A stretch of DNA of 63,962 bases, the filler included, from an uncultured Synergistales bacterium (GTDB lineage Bacteria; Synergistota; Synergistia; Synergistales; Aminobacteriaceae): assembly GCA_937897575.1 (NCBI GenBank). It is 6 parts of 6 records of this genome, joined end to end, with 100 filler letters (N's around TTAATTAATTAA, not from the genome) between each part and the next. Parts side by side here need not be neighbours in the genome. Positions count along the whole stretch, not along the records: positions 1 to 12,938 come from CALCQG010000071.1; 5 more parts are not named here. One strand, given 5' to 3'. Under the pieces are notes generated by a model. It was not told where the DNA came from, searched no databases, and saw nothing but the letters and a program-made list of their open reading frames with translations. Positions within the stretch are counted from its first letter, which is position 1, and each line of letters starts with the position of its first letter. Made by a program: the position numbers and the translations under genes. Below, piece after piece: positions 1 through 10,294 of the stretch.

Positions 1-1
1 G

Positions 2-643
2 CTCGAGGCCATCGAGAAACGGGGTGTCGCCATCAGCGAGGCCGGGGTCGGCCGCGCGCTGCGGGCCATGCGGAACGAGGGGCTCCTCGAGAAGGTCGGG
101 AAGCAGGGACACCGGATCACACCCGCCGGAAAAGAGCGCCTCGCAAAGGTGGACGAGGAGCGGGATCTGCGGGACTTCCTCAAACACGTCATGGCGCACC
201 CGGGACGATTGGGGAGGACCAACCTCCTCCATCGGCTCGTCGTCCGGAAGGCCCTGGAGCGGGAGGCCGTCTACCAGGCGACCGTCAACGCCACGGACGG
301 GGAGCTCGCCGAACTGGAACAGATCGTCCAGGCGCAGTACGAGGGCATGCGTGAGAACAGGGACTACGCGGAGATGTCCGCCCTCTTCCACCGGCGCGTC
401 CTGAAGATCTCGGGCGTCCCCCTTCTCGAGACGCTCTACGATTTCATCGGCATCACGTCGAAGTGGCAGAATTTCTTCGTGGGGACCTTCAAGGTCTACA
501 ACACCCCCATCAACATCTCCCACGAAAAGGTCCTCCAGGCGATGAAGGAGCGGGACCCGAAGAAGGCCGCCGACGCCATGGCCTCCCACCTCGACGACGT
601 CATCGCCAACGCGAGAAAGCTCTCCGAGCAGAGCGAATCCTGA
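2..643 (+). CDS. FCD-domain (GntR-like) transcriptional regulator, 5'-truncated at window edge
   Basis: Frame open from position 2 (LEAIEKRGVAISEAGVGRALRAM, winged-helix-like); C-terminal FCD motifs RKALERE, ALFHRRV, SHEKVLQAM, MASHL. Confidence 0.8.
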   Translation, partial: LEAIEKRGVAISEAGVGRALRAMRNEGLLEKVGKQGHRITPAGKERLAKVDEERDLRDFLKHVMAHPGRLGRTNLLHRLVVRKALEREAVYQATVNATDGELAELEQIVQAQYEGMRENRDYAEMSALFHRRVLKISGVPLLETLYDFIGITSKWQNFFVGTFKVYNTPINISHEKVLQAMKERDPKKAADAMASHLDDVIANARKLSEQSES

Positions 644-719
644 CCCCCACCCCCAGCCGACCGCATACGAGCTTCTGACAACGGGGCCCACACCGTTTTT
701 TGAAAGGCCGGGCCCCCTA

Positions 720-750
720 TTGACAGAACAGTCCGAGCCTATAGTATAAT
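720..750 (+). promoter_or_regulatory. sigma70-type promoter of TPP-enzyme/TAXI operon
   Basis: TTGACA at 720-725 with TAGTAT (742-747, 16-nt spacer) or TATAAT (745-750). Confidence 0.6.
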
Positions 751-801
751 ATCGTTCATCAATGATGAGTTACGCGCTTCGACCACGAGAGGAGGCTGGA
801 G

Positions 802-2517
802 ATGAAGACGAATGGAGCCCGACTGTTTCTCGAGATGCTCAAGCTGCACGGTGTGCGGGACGTGTTCGGACTGCCGGGGGAGACGACCCTCGCCCTGTAC
901 CGGGAGTGGGAGCATTTTCCGGACGTCCGCCATATCCTGACCCACGACGAGCGGGCGGCGGCCTTCATGGCCGAGGCCTACGCCAAGGCGACGGGGCGCG
1001 TCGGCGTCAGCGAGGCCCCGAGCCCCGGAGGATCCCACCCCGTGCCGGGCGTTCTCGAGTCCTTCAAGGGGTCCGTCCCCACCGTCTGTTTCACGTCGGA
1101 CGTCCCCTTCAACAACGAAAAGCGGAACACCCTCTCGGGGTTCGACCAGAACAGGCTCTATGAGGCCATAACCAAGGAGAGCATCCTCATCACCAGGGCG
1201 AAGGACATCCCCCACCTCATGCGCCGGGCCTTCCGAACGGCCCTGTCGGACCGGCCGGGCGCCGTGCACGTCCGCGTGCCCGACGACGTGTACGAGGAGG
1301 AAATCGACATCGCCGAGAGCGAGCTGTACGGAGGGACCTGCCTCTGGCCGGCCGACCGTCCCGTGGCCGACTTCGCCAAGATCGACGAGGCCATCGCGCT
1401 GCTCCTCGAGGCGAAGCGCCCCGTGATCGTCTGCGGCCAGGGGGCCGTCGTCTCGGGCGCCGGTCCCGAGGTCCGGGCCGTCGCCGAAGCGCTCTCCATC
1501 CCCGTGGGGACGACCATGACGGGCAAGGGTGCCATATCGGAGACCCACCCCCTCTCCCTCCGCGTCATCGGCGCCCGGGGCGGCACGAGTTACTCGAACC
1601 GCTTCCTTGAGGAGGCGGACCTGGTCTTCTTCGTCGGGTCGAACACGGACTCCGCCGGGACAGACGGGCGGAAGCTCCCCTCGGCGGCCAGACAGCCCAG
1701 GATCATCCAGCTGGATATCAGCCGGCAGGAGGCGGGCAACAACTACCGGGCCGACGTGGCCCTCGTCGGCGACGCCAAGGCCACCCTCGCCCTCATGGCC
1801 GACCGCATCCGGGAGAAGGGGCTGAAGGGGCGTGCCGAGAACGGGCAAGACGTGGCGGCCGCCATGGCGGAACTCGACAGATCCGCGGCGGAGGCGGCGA
1901 AGTCCGACGACCTGCCCATCCACCCCATCCGCTTCGTCAAGGAGCTGGAGGCCCTGCTGCCGGAGAAGTCCCTCGTCCTCGTGGAACCCAGCACGGGCAG
2001 CATCTTCTCCGCGGCCTACCTCGTCCAGAGGAGGGAAGGGCGGATGTTCCTCTCGGGCTACTCCATGGGCGCCCTCGGCTACTCTCTGCCCGCCGCCGTC
2101 GGCGCTGCCGTCGCCCGGCCGGACCACACCATCGTCTCCCTGGGCGGCGACGGCAGCTTCTACTTCAACTGCGGCGAGCTGGAGACCTACAGCCGCCTCG
2201 GGCTCAACATCAAGTACGTCCTCTTCAACAACAACGTCTTCGGGTGGATCCGGGGCGAGATCGAGCACGTCTACAACGCCAACCCCTTCGCCACGGACTT
2301 CCGGTACGTGGACTACTGCAAGATCGCCGAGGGCTTCGGCCTTCGCACCTTCAGGATCGACGCCCCGGAGCGTATCGCGCCGGTGCTGAGGGAGGCCTTC
2401 TCCTACTCGGGGCCGGCCTTCATCGAGATGCCCGTGAAGGCCCAGGACGCGCTGGTCCCGCCCGTCCCGCGATGGATTCCGAACGCGAAGAAGAAGGGAT
2501 TGCCCTATTACTACTGA
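802..2517 (+). CDS. thiamine-pyrophosphate-dependent enzyme (acetolactate synthase large subunit-like family)
   Basis: VFGLPG, HDERAAAFMAEAYAK, GRVGV, TPP motif GGDGSF...NNN; SD GGAGG upstream. Confidence 0.9.
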   Translation: MKTNGARLFLEMLKLHGVRDVFGLPGETTLALYREWEHFPDVRHILTHDERAAAFMAEAYAKATGRVGVSEAPSPGGSHPVPGVLESFKGSVPTVCFTSDVPFNNEKRNTLSGFDQNRLYEAITKESILITRAKDIPHLMRRAFRTALSDRPGAVHVRVPDDVYEEEIDIAESELYGGTCLWPADRPVADFAKIDEAIALLLEAKRPVIVCGQGAVVSGAGPEVRAVAEALSIPVGTTMTGKGAISETHPLSLRVIGARGGTSYSNRFLEEADLVFFVGSNTDSAGTDGRKLPSAARQPRIIQLDISRQEAGNNYRADVALVGDAKATLALMADRIREKGLKGRAENGQDVAAAMAELDRSAAEAAKSDDLPIHPIRFVKELEALLPEKSLVLVEPSTGSIFSAAYLVQRREGRMFLSGYSMGALGYSLPAAVGAAVARPDHTIVSLGGDGSFYFNCGELETYSRLGLNIKYVLFNNNVFGWIRGEIEHVYNANPFATDFRYVDYCKIAEGFGLRTFRIDAPERIAPVLREAFSYSGPAFIEMPVKAQDALVPPVPRWIPNAKKKGLPYYY

Positions 2518-2589
2518 TGCGGTAACGAGCCAAAGGCGCTAGAATCTCCAGTCACGCAGCAAACAAACGAACGAGGAGGGAAAAACAGT

Positions 2590-3588
2590 ATGAAACGGAA
2601 AAGCACTCTGGCAATTCTGATCGCGGTCCTTGCGGCTCTTCTGGTGTCCGGCGTCTCCTTCGCGGCGAGCGAGGAGCTGAAGATCGGCTCGAACAAGGTG
2701 GGCAGCACATGGTACGTCCAGGCGGCCGTCATCGCCGACGTGGTCCGCAAGGCCTACCCCGAGCTGAAGATCGACGCCTCCCCCATAGCGGGCGGCATCG
2801 GGAACATCAAGCTCATGCAGCAGGGGAAGATGAACATCGCCATGACCATGGGGAACAACATCAAATGGGCCTACGAGGGCACCAGCCTCTTCGAGGGCAG
2901 CCCCGTCAAGAACATCCGGGCCCTGGTCGGCGGACTTGACCAGTTCTACGTCGGCATCGCGGTCCGCAAGGGAAGCGGCATCACCTCCCTCGACGAGATC
3001 GCCGAGAAGAAGATGAAGATCAGCCTCATGACCGTTCAGCGCGGCACCACGGGCGAGGCGTCGGCCGCCCAGGTGCTCGAGGCCTGCGGTTTCTCCTACG
3101 ACGACGTGAAGGCCTGGGGAGGCTCCGTGGAGCACACGGACTTCGAGGCCATCACCAACGCCATCAAGGACGGCCGCTGCGACGTGTTCATCCAGTCCCT
3201 CTCCAAGGGGCACCCCACGTTCACCGAACTCGCCGTGACGGGGAAGATCGAGCTGCTCGGGATGTCCGAGAAGTCCGTCGACTATCTCTTCGAGAAGTAC
3301 GGCTACTCCCGCTCCACCCTTCCCGCCGGAAGCTTCAAGGGGCAGGATCAGGACCTTCTTCTCCCCGGCTACCGGAGCTGCCTCACGGTGACGGATTCCA
3401 TGGACGACGAGACGGCCTACAAGATCACCAAAGCCGTCTGCGAGCACAAGGAAGACCTCGTCAAAGGGCATAAGGCCTTCGACGACTTCAACCCCGAGAA
3501 GGACGCCTTCGAGTCCATCAACCGCGGCGGCGTTCCCCTGCACCCTGGCGCAGTGAAATACTACCAGGAGATGGGCTATCTGAAATAA
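2590..3588 (+). CDS. TAXI-family TRAP transporter solute-binding protein
   Basis: Signal peptide, GSTWY, GGIGNI, C-terminal VPLHPGAVKYYQE. Confidence 0.9.
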   Translation: MKRKSTLAILIAVLAALLVSGVSFAASEELKIGSNKVGSTWYVQAAVIADVVRKAYPELKIDASPIAGGIGNIKLMQQGKMNIAMTMGNNIKWAYEGTSLFEGSPVKNIRALVGGLDQFYVGIAVRKGSGITSLDEIAEKKMKISLMTVQRGTTGEASAAQVLEACGFSYDDVKAWGGSVEHTDFEAITNAIKDGRCDVFIQSLSKGHPTFTELAVTGKIELLGMSEKSVDYLFEKYGYSRSTLPAGSFKGQDQDLLLPGYRSCLTVTDSMDDETAYKITKAVCEHKEDLVKGHKAFDDFNPEKDAFESINRGGVPLHPGAVKYYQEMGYLK

Positions 3589-3665
3589 CGCCGGCAGTCT
3601 GACCGCAGGGCGGGCAGGGGGCTCTCTGCCCGTCCTCTCATCAGAAAAGGGGGCTTTGGAATATC

Positions 3666-5519
3666 GTGGAACACACTCTCAGACACCGCCTCGCAAGCAT
3701 TACAGCCTTTTTATGGGTGGCAGCGCAGATCTACGTCGCCTTCGCGGCCGTGCCGGGGATGATCATCCGGCCCCTTCACGTCGCGTTCTGCCTCATCCTC
3801 GTCTTCCTGCTCCATCCGGCCATCAAGGAGAACCCCAAGCTCAGCCTCACCCTCGACCTCGCCTGTGTCCTCGTCCTCGTCCTCTTCATGGGGTACTCGC
3901 TGTACTACGGCGACCGCATCGTCACCCGCCTGCCCTTCGTGGATGAGCTCTTCACGCTGGACTACTTCTTCAACTTCATGCTCGTCCTCTTCCTCCTCGA
4001 AGGCGGCCGTCGAGTGCTCGGTTGGTCCATGACCATCATCGCCCTCATCTTCATGGCTTACAGCTTCTTCGGGGCGGACCTCCCCGGGCTGCTCGCCCAC
4101 CCCGTGGTGACCATCGCGGACTTCGTCGAGAACCAGACCATGACATCCTCGGGGATCTACTCGAGCCCCGTCGCGGCGTCGGCCGACACGATCTTTTACT
4201 TCATGATCTTCGGCGCCTTCCTCGCCGCCACACCGGCCGGCACGCTCTTCGTCGCCATGGCGAAGTACGCCACCCGGAAGGCCGTGGGCGGGGCCGGAAA
4301 GGCCTCCATCATCGCCTCGGGGCTCTTCGGAATGATCAGCGGAAGCGCCGCGGCGAACGTGGCCTCCGTGGGGACCATCGTCTACCCCATGATGGAGAAG
4401 GCCGGCTACAAACCCGTCTTCAGCGCGGCCCTGCTGGCCACCGCCGGAACGGGCGGACAGCTCATCCCGCCCGTCATGGGCGCGTCGGCCTTCATCATGG
4501 CCGACATGATCGGCGTGTCCTACTTCAAGATCGTCCTCTGCGCCATCATCCCCTCCATGCTCTACGTGGGCTCCCTCTTCTGGGAGGTCCACCTGGAGTC
4601 CTACAAGCAGCAGATGACGGTCGAGGTCCTGGACAAGAACGAACTGCTCGGGACCATCAAGCGCTATCTCCACCTCATCCTCCCCATCGTCGTCCTCGTG
4701 GCGCTCATCGCGTGGGGACGCTCCCTGATGTACTCGGCCCTCATGTCCACGCTGTCCCTGATCCTTCTCTGCCAGATCCGGAAGGACACCCGGCTCTCCC
4801 TGAAGGAGATCGTCGTGATGGCCATCGACGGGGCGAAGAGCTGCGTCATCGTCACCCTGCCCTGCGCCCTGGCCGGCATCGTCATCGGCGAGGTGGTCTA
4901 CACGGGCATCGGGCTGCGCTTCAGCGCCCTGATCGCATCCGTCTCGGCGGGCAACTTGCTCCTCGCCCTGCTCCTTTCGACGGTCATGATCATCATCATG
5001 GGCATGGGCATGCCCACCAGCGCGGCCTACATCATGAGCGCCGTCCTCCTGGCGCCGGCCATGCAGAACCTCGGCATCCAGCCCCTCGTGGCCCATATGT
5101 TCATCTTCTACTTCGCCAACATGTCCATGATCACGCCGCCCGTGGCCATAGCCTCCTACACGGCGGCGGGGATAGCCAAGACGGGGCTCTGGGAGACGGG
5201 CATCGAGGCCGTCCGGCTGGCCCTGGTGCTCTTCCTCATCCCCTTCGTCTTCATCTACAACCCAGGGCTGCTCGGGCTCGGGGCGGCCTACGACATCCTC
5301 CTCGTCACCTTCTTCTGCACCGTGGGCGTGCTCTCCCTCGGCATGGGGATCATCGGGCACTGGAGAGGGCATCTCTCCCCCTTGCTGCGCGGGGCCTTCA
5401 TCGTCGCCGCACTGTGCATGATCGTCCCGGAGATGATCTCGAGCCTCGTCGGCATTGTCCTTTTTGTCCTGCTCCTCTTCTACGTCCAGATGCGGAGGCG
5501 GCGCCCGACGACGGCCTGA
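3666..5519 (+). CDS. TRAP transporter fused (4TM/12TM) permease
   Basis: Hydrophobic; ISGSAAANV, GGQLIPPVMG, GMGMPTSAAY, ITPPVA motifs. Confidence 0.9.
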   Translation: MEHTLRHRLASITAFLWVAAQIYVAFAAVPGMIIRPLHVAFCLILVFLLHPAIKENPKLSLTLDLACVLVLVLFMGYSLYYGDRIVTRLPFVDELFTLDYFFNFMLVLFLLEGGRRVLGWSMTIIALIFMAYSFFGADLPGLLAHPVVTIADFVENQTMTSSGIYSSPVAASADTIFYFMIFGAFLAATPAGTLFVAMAKYATRKAVGGAGKASIIASGLFGMISGSAAANVASVGTIVYPMMEKAGYKPVFSAALLATAGTGGQLIPPVMGASAFIMADMIGVSYFKIVLCAIIPSMLYVGSLFWEVHLESYKQQMTVEVLDKNELLGTIKRYLHLILPIVVLVALIAWGRSLMYSALMSTLSLILLCQIRKDTRLSLKEIVVMAIDGAKSCVIVTLPCALAGIVIGEVVYTGIGLRFSALIASVSAGNLLLALLLSTVMIIIMGMGMPTSAAYIMSAVLLAPAMQNLGIQPLVAHMFIFYFANMSMITPPVAIASYTAAGIAKTGLWETGIEAVRLALVLFLIPFVFIYNPGLLGLGAAYDILLVTFFCTVGVLSLGMGIIGHWRGHLSPLLRGAFIVAALCMIVPEMISSLVGIVLFVLLLFYVQMRRRRPTTA

Positions 5520-5633
5520 TGAAGGAGACCGCCGAGTACGCGAAACGGGAGAGCCGCTGTTGGGCTCTCCCGTTCATCGTACACCGTGGCGTCCGCTCCT
5601 TCGGCCGCTTCGCCGACGGCTGCAGTCATCGTC

Positions 5634-6173
5634 TTATTGTGCTGAGGTCTCTCTTTCGGCACAGGGGATGCAGGTCCTCCGCCCGTCAGGGAGGGACCGG
5701 ACTCTGGTCTCCATGACCCGCTCGCCGCAGAGGTCACATCGCACGGAGCTGTGAATTCTAGCCCGCTCCGGCATGAGCTCCTTCGCCTCGCCCACGGAGA
5801 AGAGGACCTCGTCGGGCTCCGAGAGAAGGCGCTGGGCGGACTCCTCCCGGGTCAGCTCGCGATCCGGAGGGATCAGCGCAAGACGGACCCCCTTGCCGTC
5901 GGACCTTCGGTACACCGTGAAGGCCTGTTTTCCCCAATCCCGAAAGTGGAGGTTCCCCTTGCCGAAGGTGCACCCCAGGATATACTGGATGGCGTCCACG
6001 CCACAGGCGTCGTTCTCCGTAACCGTCACCAGCTCCTCATCCCGGTCCCGGGAGACGCCCAGCAGCTTCATGGCGAGCTTCGCCGCCCGCCACCCGATGA
6101 GCACTCCGGGGCAGAAGTGACCGTGAAAGGCCACGACGGGGGCCAGCTCCTTTGGAATGACCGTGTCTTCCAT
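5634..6173 (-). CDS. FmdE-family protein with C-terminal C4 zinc finger
   Basis: FHGHFCPG, ENDACGVDAIQ, GCTFGKGNL, CDLCGE...CIPC; start placed at ATG 6173 after SD GGAGG. Confidence 0.85.
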   Translation of the reverse strand: MEDTVIPKELAPVVAFHGHFCPGVLIGWRAAKLAMKLLGVSRDRDEELVTVTENDACGVDAIQYILGCTFGKGNLHFRDWGKQAFTVYRRSDGKGVRLALIPPDRELTREESAQRLLSEPDEVLFSVGEAKELMPERARIHSSVRCDLCGERVMETRVRSLPDGRRTCIPCAERETSAQ

Positions 6174-6334
6174 AGAAACAACCTCCATGGCACGATTAAT
6201 AAGTTACGTGTTATTATACCACGGCTCCATCGTGGGGTGCTGTACGGTCATTCCATCTCCATTGAGTCCCAGTCGGCGTACAGATTTTTTAAGCGAAAAG
6301 TCCGTTTTTCTCAGTGTGTATGTGCCGAAACTCG

Positions 6335-6395
6335 TTGACACAGCAGGAAATAGTGCTACCATAGGGCCAAGTTAAGTTACCAGATTGTCAGACAA
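6335..6395 (+). promoter_or_regulatory. promoter plus FadR/GntR-type operator of ABC operon
   Basis: TTGACA 6335-6340, 16 nt, TACCAT 6357-6362; palindrome TTGTCAGACAA 6385-6395. Confidence 0.6.
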
Positions 6396-6505
6396 GTTTG
6401 ATGTACCTGTTTCGTGGTGAGTCGAGATATTTGTCTCTATGCATTCATTCCTGGCTGAAAAATACGTCGTTATCACAGATGTTCCAGGCATTCCATCTTT
6501 TTCAG

Positions 6506-8146
6506 ATGATTCGATCCTCAAACAAGGGGGAGAGACAGATTTCCAGCAATCCACTTCTCTCTATCAAGAATATCCAGAAGGACTTTTATGGAAATAAAGT
6601 CCTTGAGGATATCAGTTTCGATCTCGATCGCGGTGAGATAGTCGGCCTCGTGGGCGAGAATGGAGCCGGCAAATCCACCCTTATGAACATCCTCTTCGGG
6701 ATGCCCGTCATCCAGAAAACCGGGGGGTACAAGGGGACCGTGCAATTGAACGGCAAGGATATCTGCTTCCGGGATCCTGTCGATGCCATCGAGGCCGGTA
6801 TTGGTATGGTTCATCAGGAATTCTTCCTCATCCCCAGTTTTACGGCGACGGAGAACATTCTTTTAAATCGAGAATCGACACAGTACAACTTTTTGGTGGA
6901 ACTGTTCGGCGACCGTCTGCAGAAGCTGGACAGAACCGCTATGAAAGAAAGGGCCATCCGTGCCATTCAAACGCTTGGGGTGGATATACACCCCGATACG
7001 CTCGTCTCCGAGATGCCCGTGAGCTATAAACAGTTCACCGAGATCGCCCGAGAGATAGACCGGGAGCAGATGAAAGTTCTTGTTCTGGATGAACCGACGG
7101 CCGTCATGACGGAGTCGGAAGCGAGCACATTCCTCACCGCGATGAAACGCTTGGCCGCGCGAGGGATCGGACAGATATTCATCTCACACAGGCTGCATGA
7201 AATCCTGGAGGTTTGCGATAAAATCGTCGTCCTTCGAGACGGTAAAGTGATCAAGAATATCCCCGCTTCCGAGGCAACCCTTCGGAACATCGCATCCTGG
7301 ATGGTCGGACGGGAAGTCGGAACGACATCTTTCAGACGTGCCAGATCCGCGGATGATCAAGATACTTCCGTCCTTCTTTCCATCGACAAGTTGAAAGTGG
7401 ACATGCCCGGAGAGCGGGTGAAGAACGTCTCTCTCGAAGTCCGGGAAGGGGAGATCCTCGGCATCGGAGGGCTCGCCGGGCAGGGAAAGCTCGGTATTGC
7501 CAACGGGATCATGGGGCTCTACCCCGCCCAGGGATCGATCATCCTGAACGGGAAACCATTGCCACTGAACAACCCCCTCGAATCGTTGAAAGCCGGTGTT
7601 GCATTCATTTCGGAGGACCGCCGCGGAGTCGGACTGCTTCTCAACGAATCTCTCAAACTTAACATCGCCTTCACAGCTATGCAGGTCAAGGATCGCTTTA
7701 TCAAAAGGCTGCCCGGCGGGATCAAATGGCAAGACTGGAACGAATTGGACGCCAGCGCAAAAGAGTTCATCGACCGTCTCGAGATACGGTGTACGGGGCC
7801 GGATCAGAGGGTCGTGGAGCTCTCCGGAGGCAACCAGCAAAAGGTCTGTGTCGCAAAAGTGCTTGCCATGGAACCAAAACTCCTTCTTGCCTCCGAACCT
7901 ACACGCGGGATCGACATCGGGGCAAAGCAGCTCGTTCTTGAAGTTCTCAGGGAGTTCAACCAGCGGGACAGGACAACCATCGTCATGACGAGTTCGGAGC
8001 TTCAGGAGCTTCGTTCGATCTGCGACCGGATCGCCATCGTGTACGAGGGAGAGATCGTGGGGATTGTCCCTGCGGACGCCCCCATGGAAGACATCGGCCT
8101 TCTCATGCTGGGAAACAAACTCGTGGATGAACCCACCCATGCGTAA
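6506..8146 (+). CDS. sugar-type (CUT2) ABC transporter ATP-binding protein, two ATPase domains
   Basis: GENGAGKST, LDEPT, LSGGNQQKV, SEPTRGID; true start uncertain (ATG 6506 or ATT 6539). Confidence 0.9.
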   Translation: MIRSSNKGERQISSNPLLSIKNIQKDFYGNKVLEDISFDLDRGEIVGLVGENGAGKSTLMNILFGMPVIQKTGGYKGTVQLNGKDICFRDPVDAIEAGIGMVHQEFFLIPSFTATENILLNRESTQYNFLVELFGDRLQKLDRTAMKERAIRAIQTLGVDIHPDTLVSEMPVSYKQFTEIAREIDREQMKVLVLDEPTAVMTESEASTFLTAMKRLAARGIGQIFISHRLHEILEVCDKIVVLRDGKVIKNIPASEATLRNIASWMVGREVGTTSFRRARSADDQDTSVLLSIDKLKVDMPGERVKNVSLEVREGEILGIGGLAGQGKLGIANGIMGLYPAQGSIILNGKPLPLNNPLESLKAGVAFISEDRRGVGLLLNESLKLNIAFTAMQVKDRFIKRLPGGIKWQDWNELDASAKEFIDRLEIRCTGPDQRVVELSGGNQQKVCVAKVLAMEPKLLLASEPTRGIDIGAKQLVLEVLREFNQRDRTTIVMTSSELQELRSICDRIAIVYEGEIVGIVPADAPMEDIGLLMLGNKLVDEPTHA

Positions 8147-9185
8147 CATTTTCGAGAGAGCGATCAACACTCTGGGCTGGGCGCGACTCATCATCGCCGC
8201 CTTTCTTCTCGTGCTCTTCTGCGTCGCCCCTTTCGTGGGGATACGAATCGACACCTCCCTCAGCGATATTCTCGTGCGCGTCGGGATGAACGGGATCATG
8301 GTCCTCTCCATGATCCCCATGATTCAGTCGGGATGTGGGCTCAACTTCGGGCTCCCATTGGGAGTCATCGCCGGACTTGTGGGTGCCGTCACATCCATGG
8401 AGTTCAACTGGGCGGGTTTTTTCGGCTTCTTTATGGCCATCGTATTCGCTGTTCCTCTGGCAATCATCCTCGGGTATCTGTACGCTCAGATTCTCAACAG
8501 AGCCAAGGGAGACGAGATGATGATCGCCACGTATGTAGGGTTTTCCTCCGTGGCGTTCATGTGCATGATGTGGCTTCTCCTCCCCTACAGGAACCCTCTT
8601 CTGCTCTGGGGTTTCGGCGGTACGGGCCTCCGTACTACGATCAGTCTGGAGGGGTTCTGGCTCTCCATCCTTGATAAATTCCTCTCCTTTCGCATAGGCT
8701 CACTCTTCTTTTTCCCCACGGGAACGCTGCTCCTCTTCGCTCTCGCGTGTCTCCTGATGTGGGGATTCTTCAGAACAAAGACGGGGGCTGCCATGATGGC
8801 CACCGGGAGCAATCCGCTTTTCGCGCGGGCGAACGGCGTCGACACGGATCAGATGAGAACGCTCTCCGTCATCATCTCTACCGTCATAGGGGCAATCGGA
8901 ATGGTTGTGTACGAACAGAGCTTCGGATTTATCCAGCTGTATATGGGCCCCTTCTACATGGCATTTCCCGCCGTGGCGGCAGTCCTTCTCGGAGGCGCCA
9001 CGATCAATAGGGCAACCATCACAAATGTCGTCATCGGAGTGATTCTTTTCCAGAGTATCCTTACGATGACGCCTTCTGTGATAAACAACGTCCTGAAGAC
9101 CGACATGGCGGAGGTCATCCGCATTATCGTCTCCAACGGCATGATCCTCTACGCCCTTACCCGGAAAGAGCAGGCAAAAAAATGA
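8139..9185 (+). CDS. ABC transporter permease
   Basis: Hydrophobic; GLNFG, RTKTGAAM motifs; overlaps neighbours. Confidence 0.85.
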   Translation: MRNIFERAINTLGWARLIIAAFLLVLFCVAPFVGIRIDTSLSDILVRVGMNGIMVLSMIPMIQSGCGLNFGLPLGVIAGLVGAVTSMEFNWAGFFGFFMAIVFAVPLAIILGYLYAQILNRAKGDEMMIATYVGFSSVAFMCMMWLLLPYRNPLLLWGFGGTGLRTTISLEGFWLSILDKFLSFRIGSLFFFPTGTLLLFALACLLMWGFFRTKTGAAMMATGSNPLFARANGVDTDQMRTLSVIISTVIGAIGMVVYEQSFGFIQLYMGPFYMAFPAVAAVLLGGATINRATITNVVIGVILFQSILTMTPSVINNVLKTDMAEVIRIIVSNGMILYALTRKEQAKK

Positions 9186-10294
9186 GCAAAAAAAACATCT
9201 CTTTTTCCTCTCTCATCATATCGAACATAGTCCCCCTCATCTTTCTTCTCTTCTCCATCGCCGCCATACCTCTTTCGGGTCTGACGCCCACCTATCTTGT
9301 CCAGGAGATGGTGACCCGCCTTGGCCGGAATACCTTCCTCGTTCTCTCGCTTCTTGTTCCCGTCATGGCCGGCATGGGGCTCAACTTCGGCATGGTCCTC
9401 GGAGCCATGGCCGGACAGATAGGACTGATCCTGGTGGTAGACTGGGGCATCGGAGGTATCCCGGGACTGCTGATCGCAGCTCTTGTCGCTACCCCACTCT
9501 CAATTCTTCTGGGGTATTTTTGCGGCTTCATCATGAACAAGGCCAAGGGTCGGGAGATGGTTACATCCTACATCCTCGGCTTTTTCATCAATGGAGTTTA
9601 TCAGTTCGTGGTGCTGTACTGCATGGGGTCCATAATACCCGTCAGCGACCCGGAACTTCTGCTATCCAGAGGATATGGCATCCGCAACACCATGGCTCTG
9701 CCGGGGCTTCGTCAGGCTCTTGACGGTCTTGTATCCGTAGAGGCTTCCGGCATCACAATTCCAGTGATCTCTCTCTTGGTCACTCTTGTCTTCTGTCTTC
9801 TGCTCACCTGGTTCAATAAAACGAAGCTCGGACAGGATATGAGAGCTGTCGGAAAAGATATGGCCGTGGCCGACGGCGCGGGGATTCCCGTCGAACGGAC
9901 AAGAATCCTTGCCATCATCATCTCCACCATACTGGCCAGCTACGGACAGATCATCTTCTTGCAGAACATAGGCACTATAAACACATACAGTAGCCATGAG
10001 CAAACGGGTATCTTCGCCATCGCCGCCCTGCTCGTAGGAGGAGCGACCGTTGCGAGGGCAACGATCGGCAATGTATTTATGGGGGTCATTTTGTTTCATC
10101 TCATGTTCGTCGTCTCGCCTCTTGCAGGGAAGAATTTTATCGGGGACGCTCAGTTAGGCGAACACTTCCGAGTGTTCGTCTCGTACGGAATCATCGCCGT
10201 AACGCTTTTGCTTCATGCTTGGAAACGTCGAAGAAACCTCCTTGCGAAACAGGAAGGCAAATCGGAAGAAAACAGGGAGGATGATGTGTCGTGA
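9182..10294 (+). CDS. ABC transporter permease
   Basis: Hydrophobic; GLNFG, KTKLGQDMRAVG; 4-nt overlap with upstream gene. Confidence 0.85.
   Translation: MSKKNISFSSLIISNIVPLIFLLFSIAAIPLSGLTPTYLVQEMVTRLGRNTFLVLSLLVPVMAGMGLNFGMVLGAMAGQIGLILVVDWGIGGIPGLLIAALVATPLSILLGYFCGFIMNKAKGREMVTSYILGFFINGVYQFVVLYCMGSIIPVSDPELLLSRGYGIRNTMALPGLRQALDGLVSVEASGITIPVISLLVTLVFCLLLTWFNKTKLGQDMRAVGKDMAVADGAGIPVERTRILAIIISTILASYGQIIFLQNIGTINTYSSHEQTGIFAIAALLVGGATVARATIGNVFMGVILFHLMFVVSPLAGKNFIGDAQLGEHFRVFVSYGIIAVTLLLHAWKRRRNLLAKQEGKSEENREDDVS

Noticed and set aside
739..2268. Long antisense/alternate-frame ORFs (also 2539-3543, 3711-5372, 4022-5716, 20970-22631, 38572-39975, 40303-42336, 45664-46968, 62767-63633)
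   Set aside because: Shadows of real GC-rich genes; no family motifs
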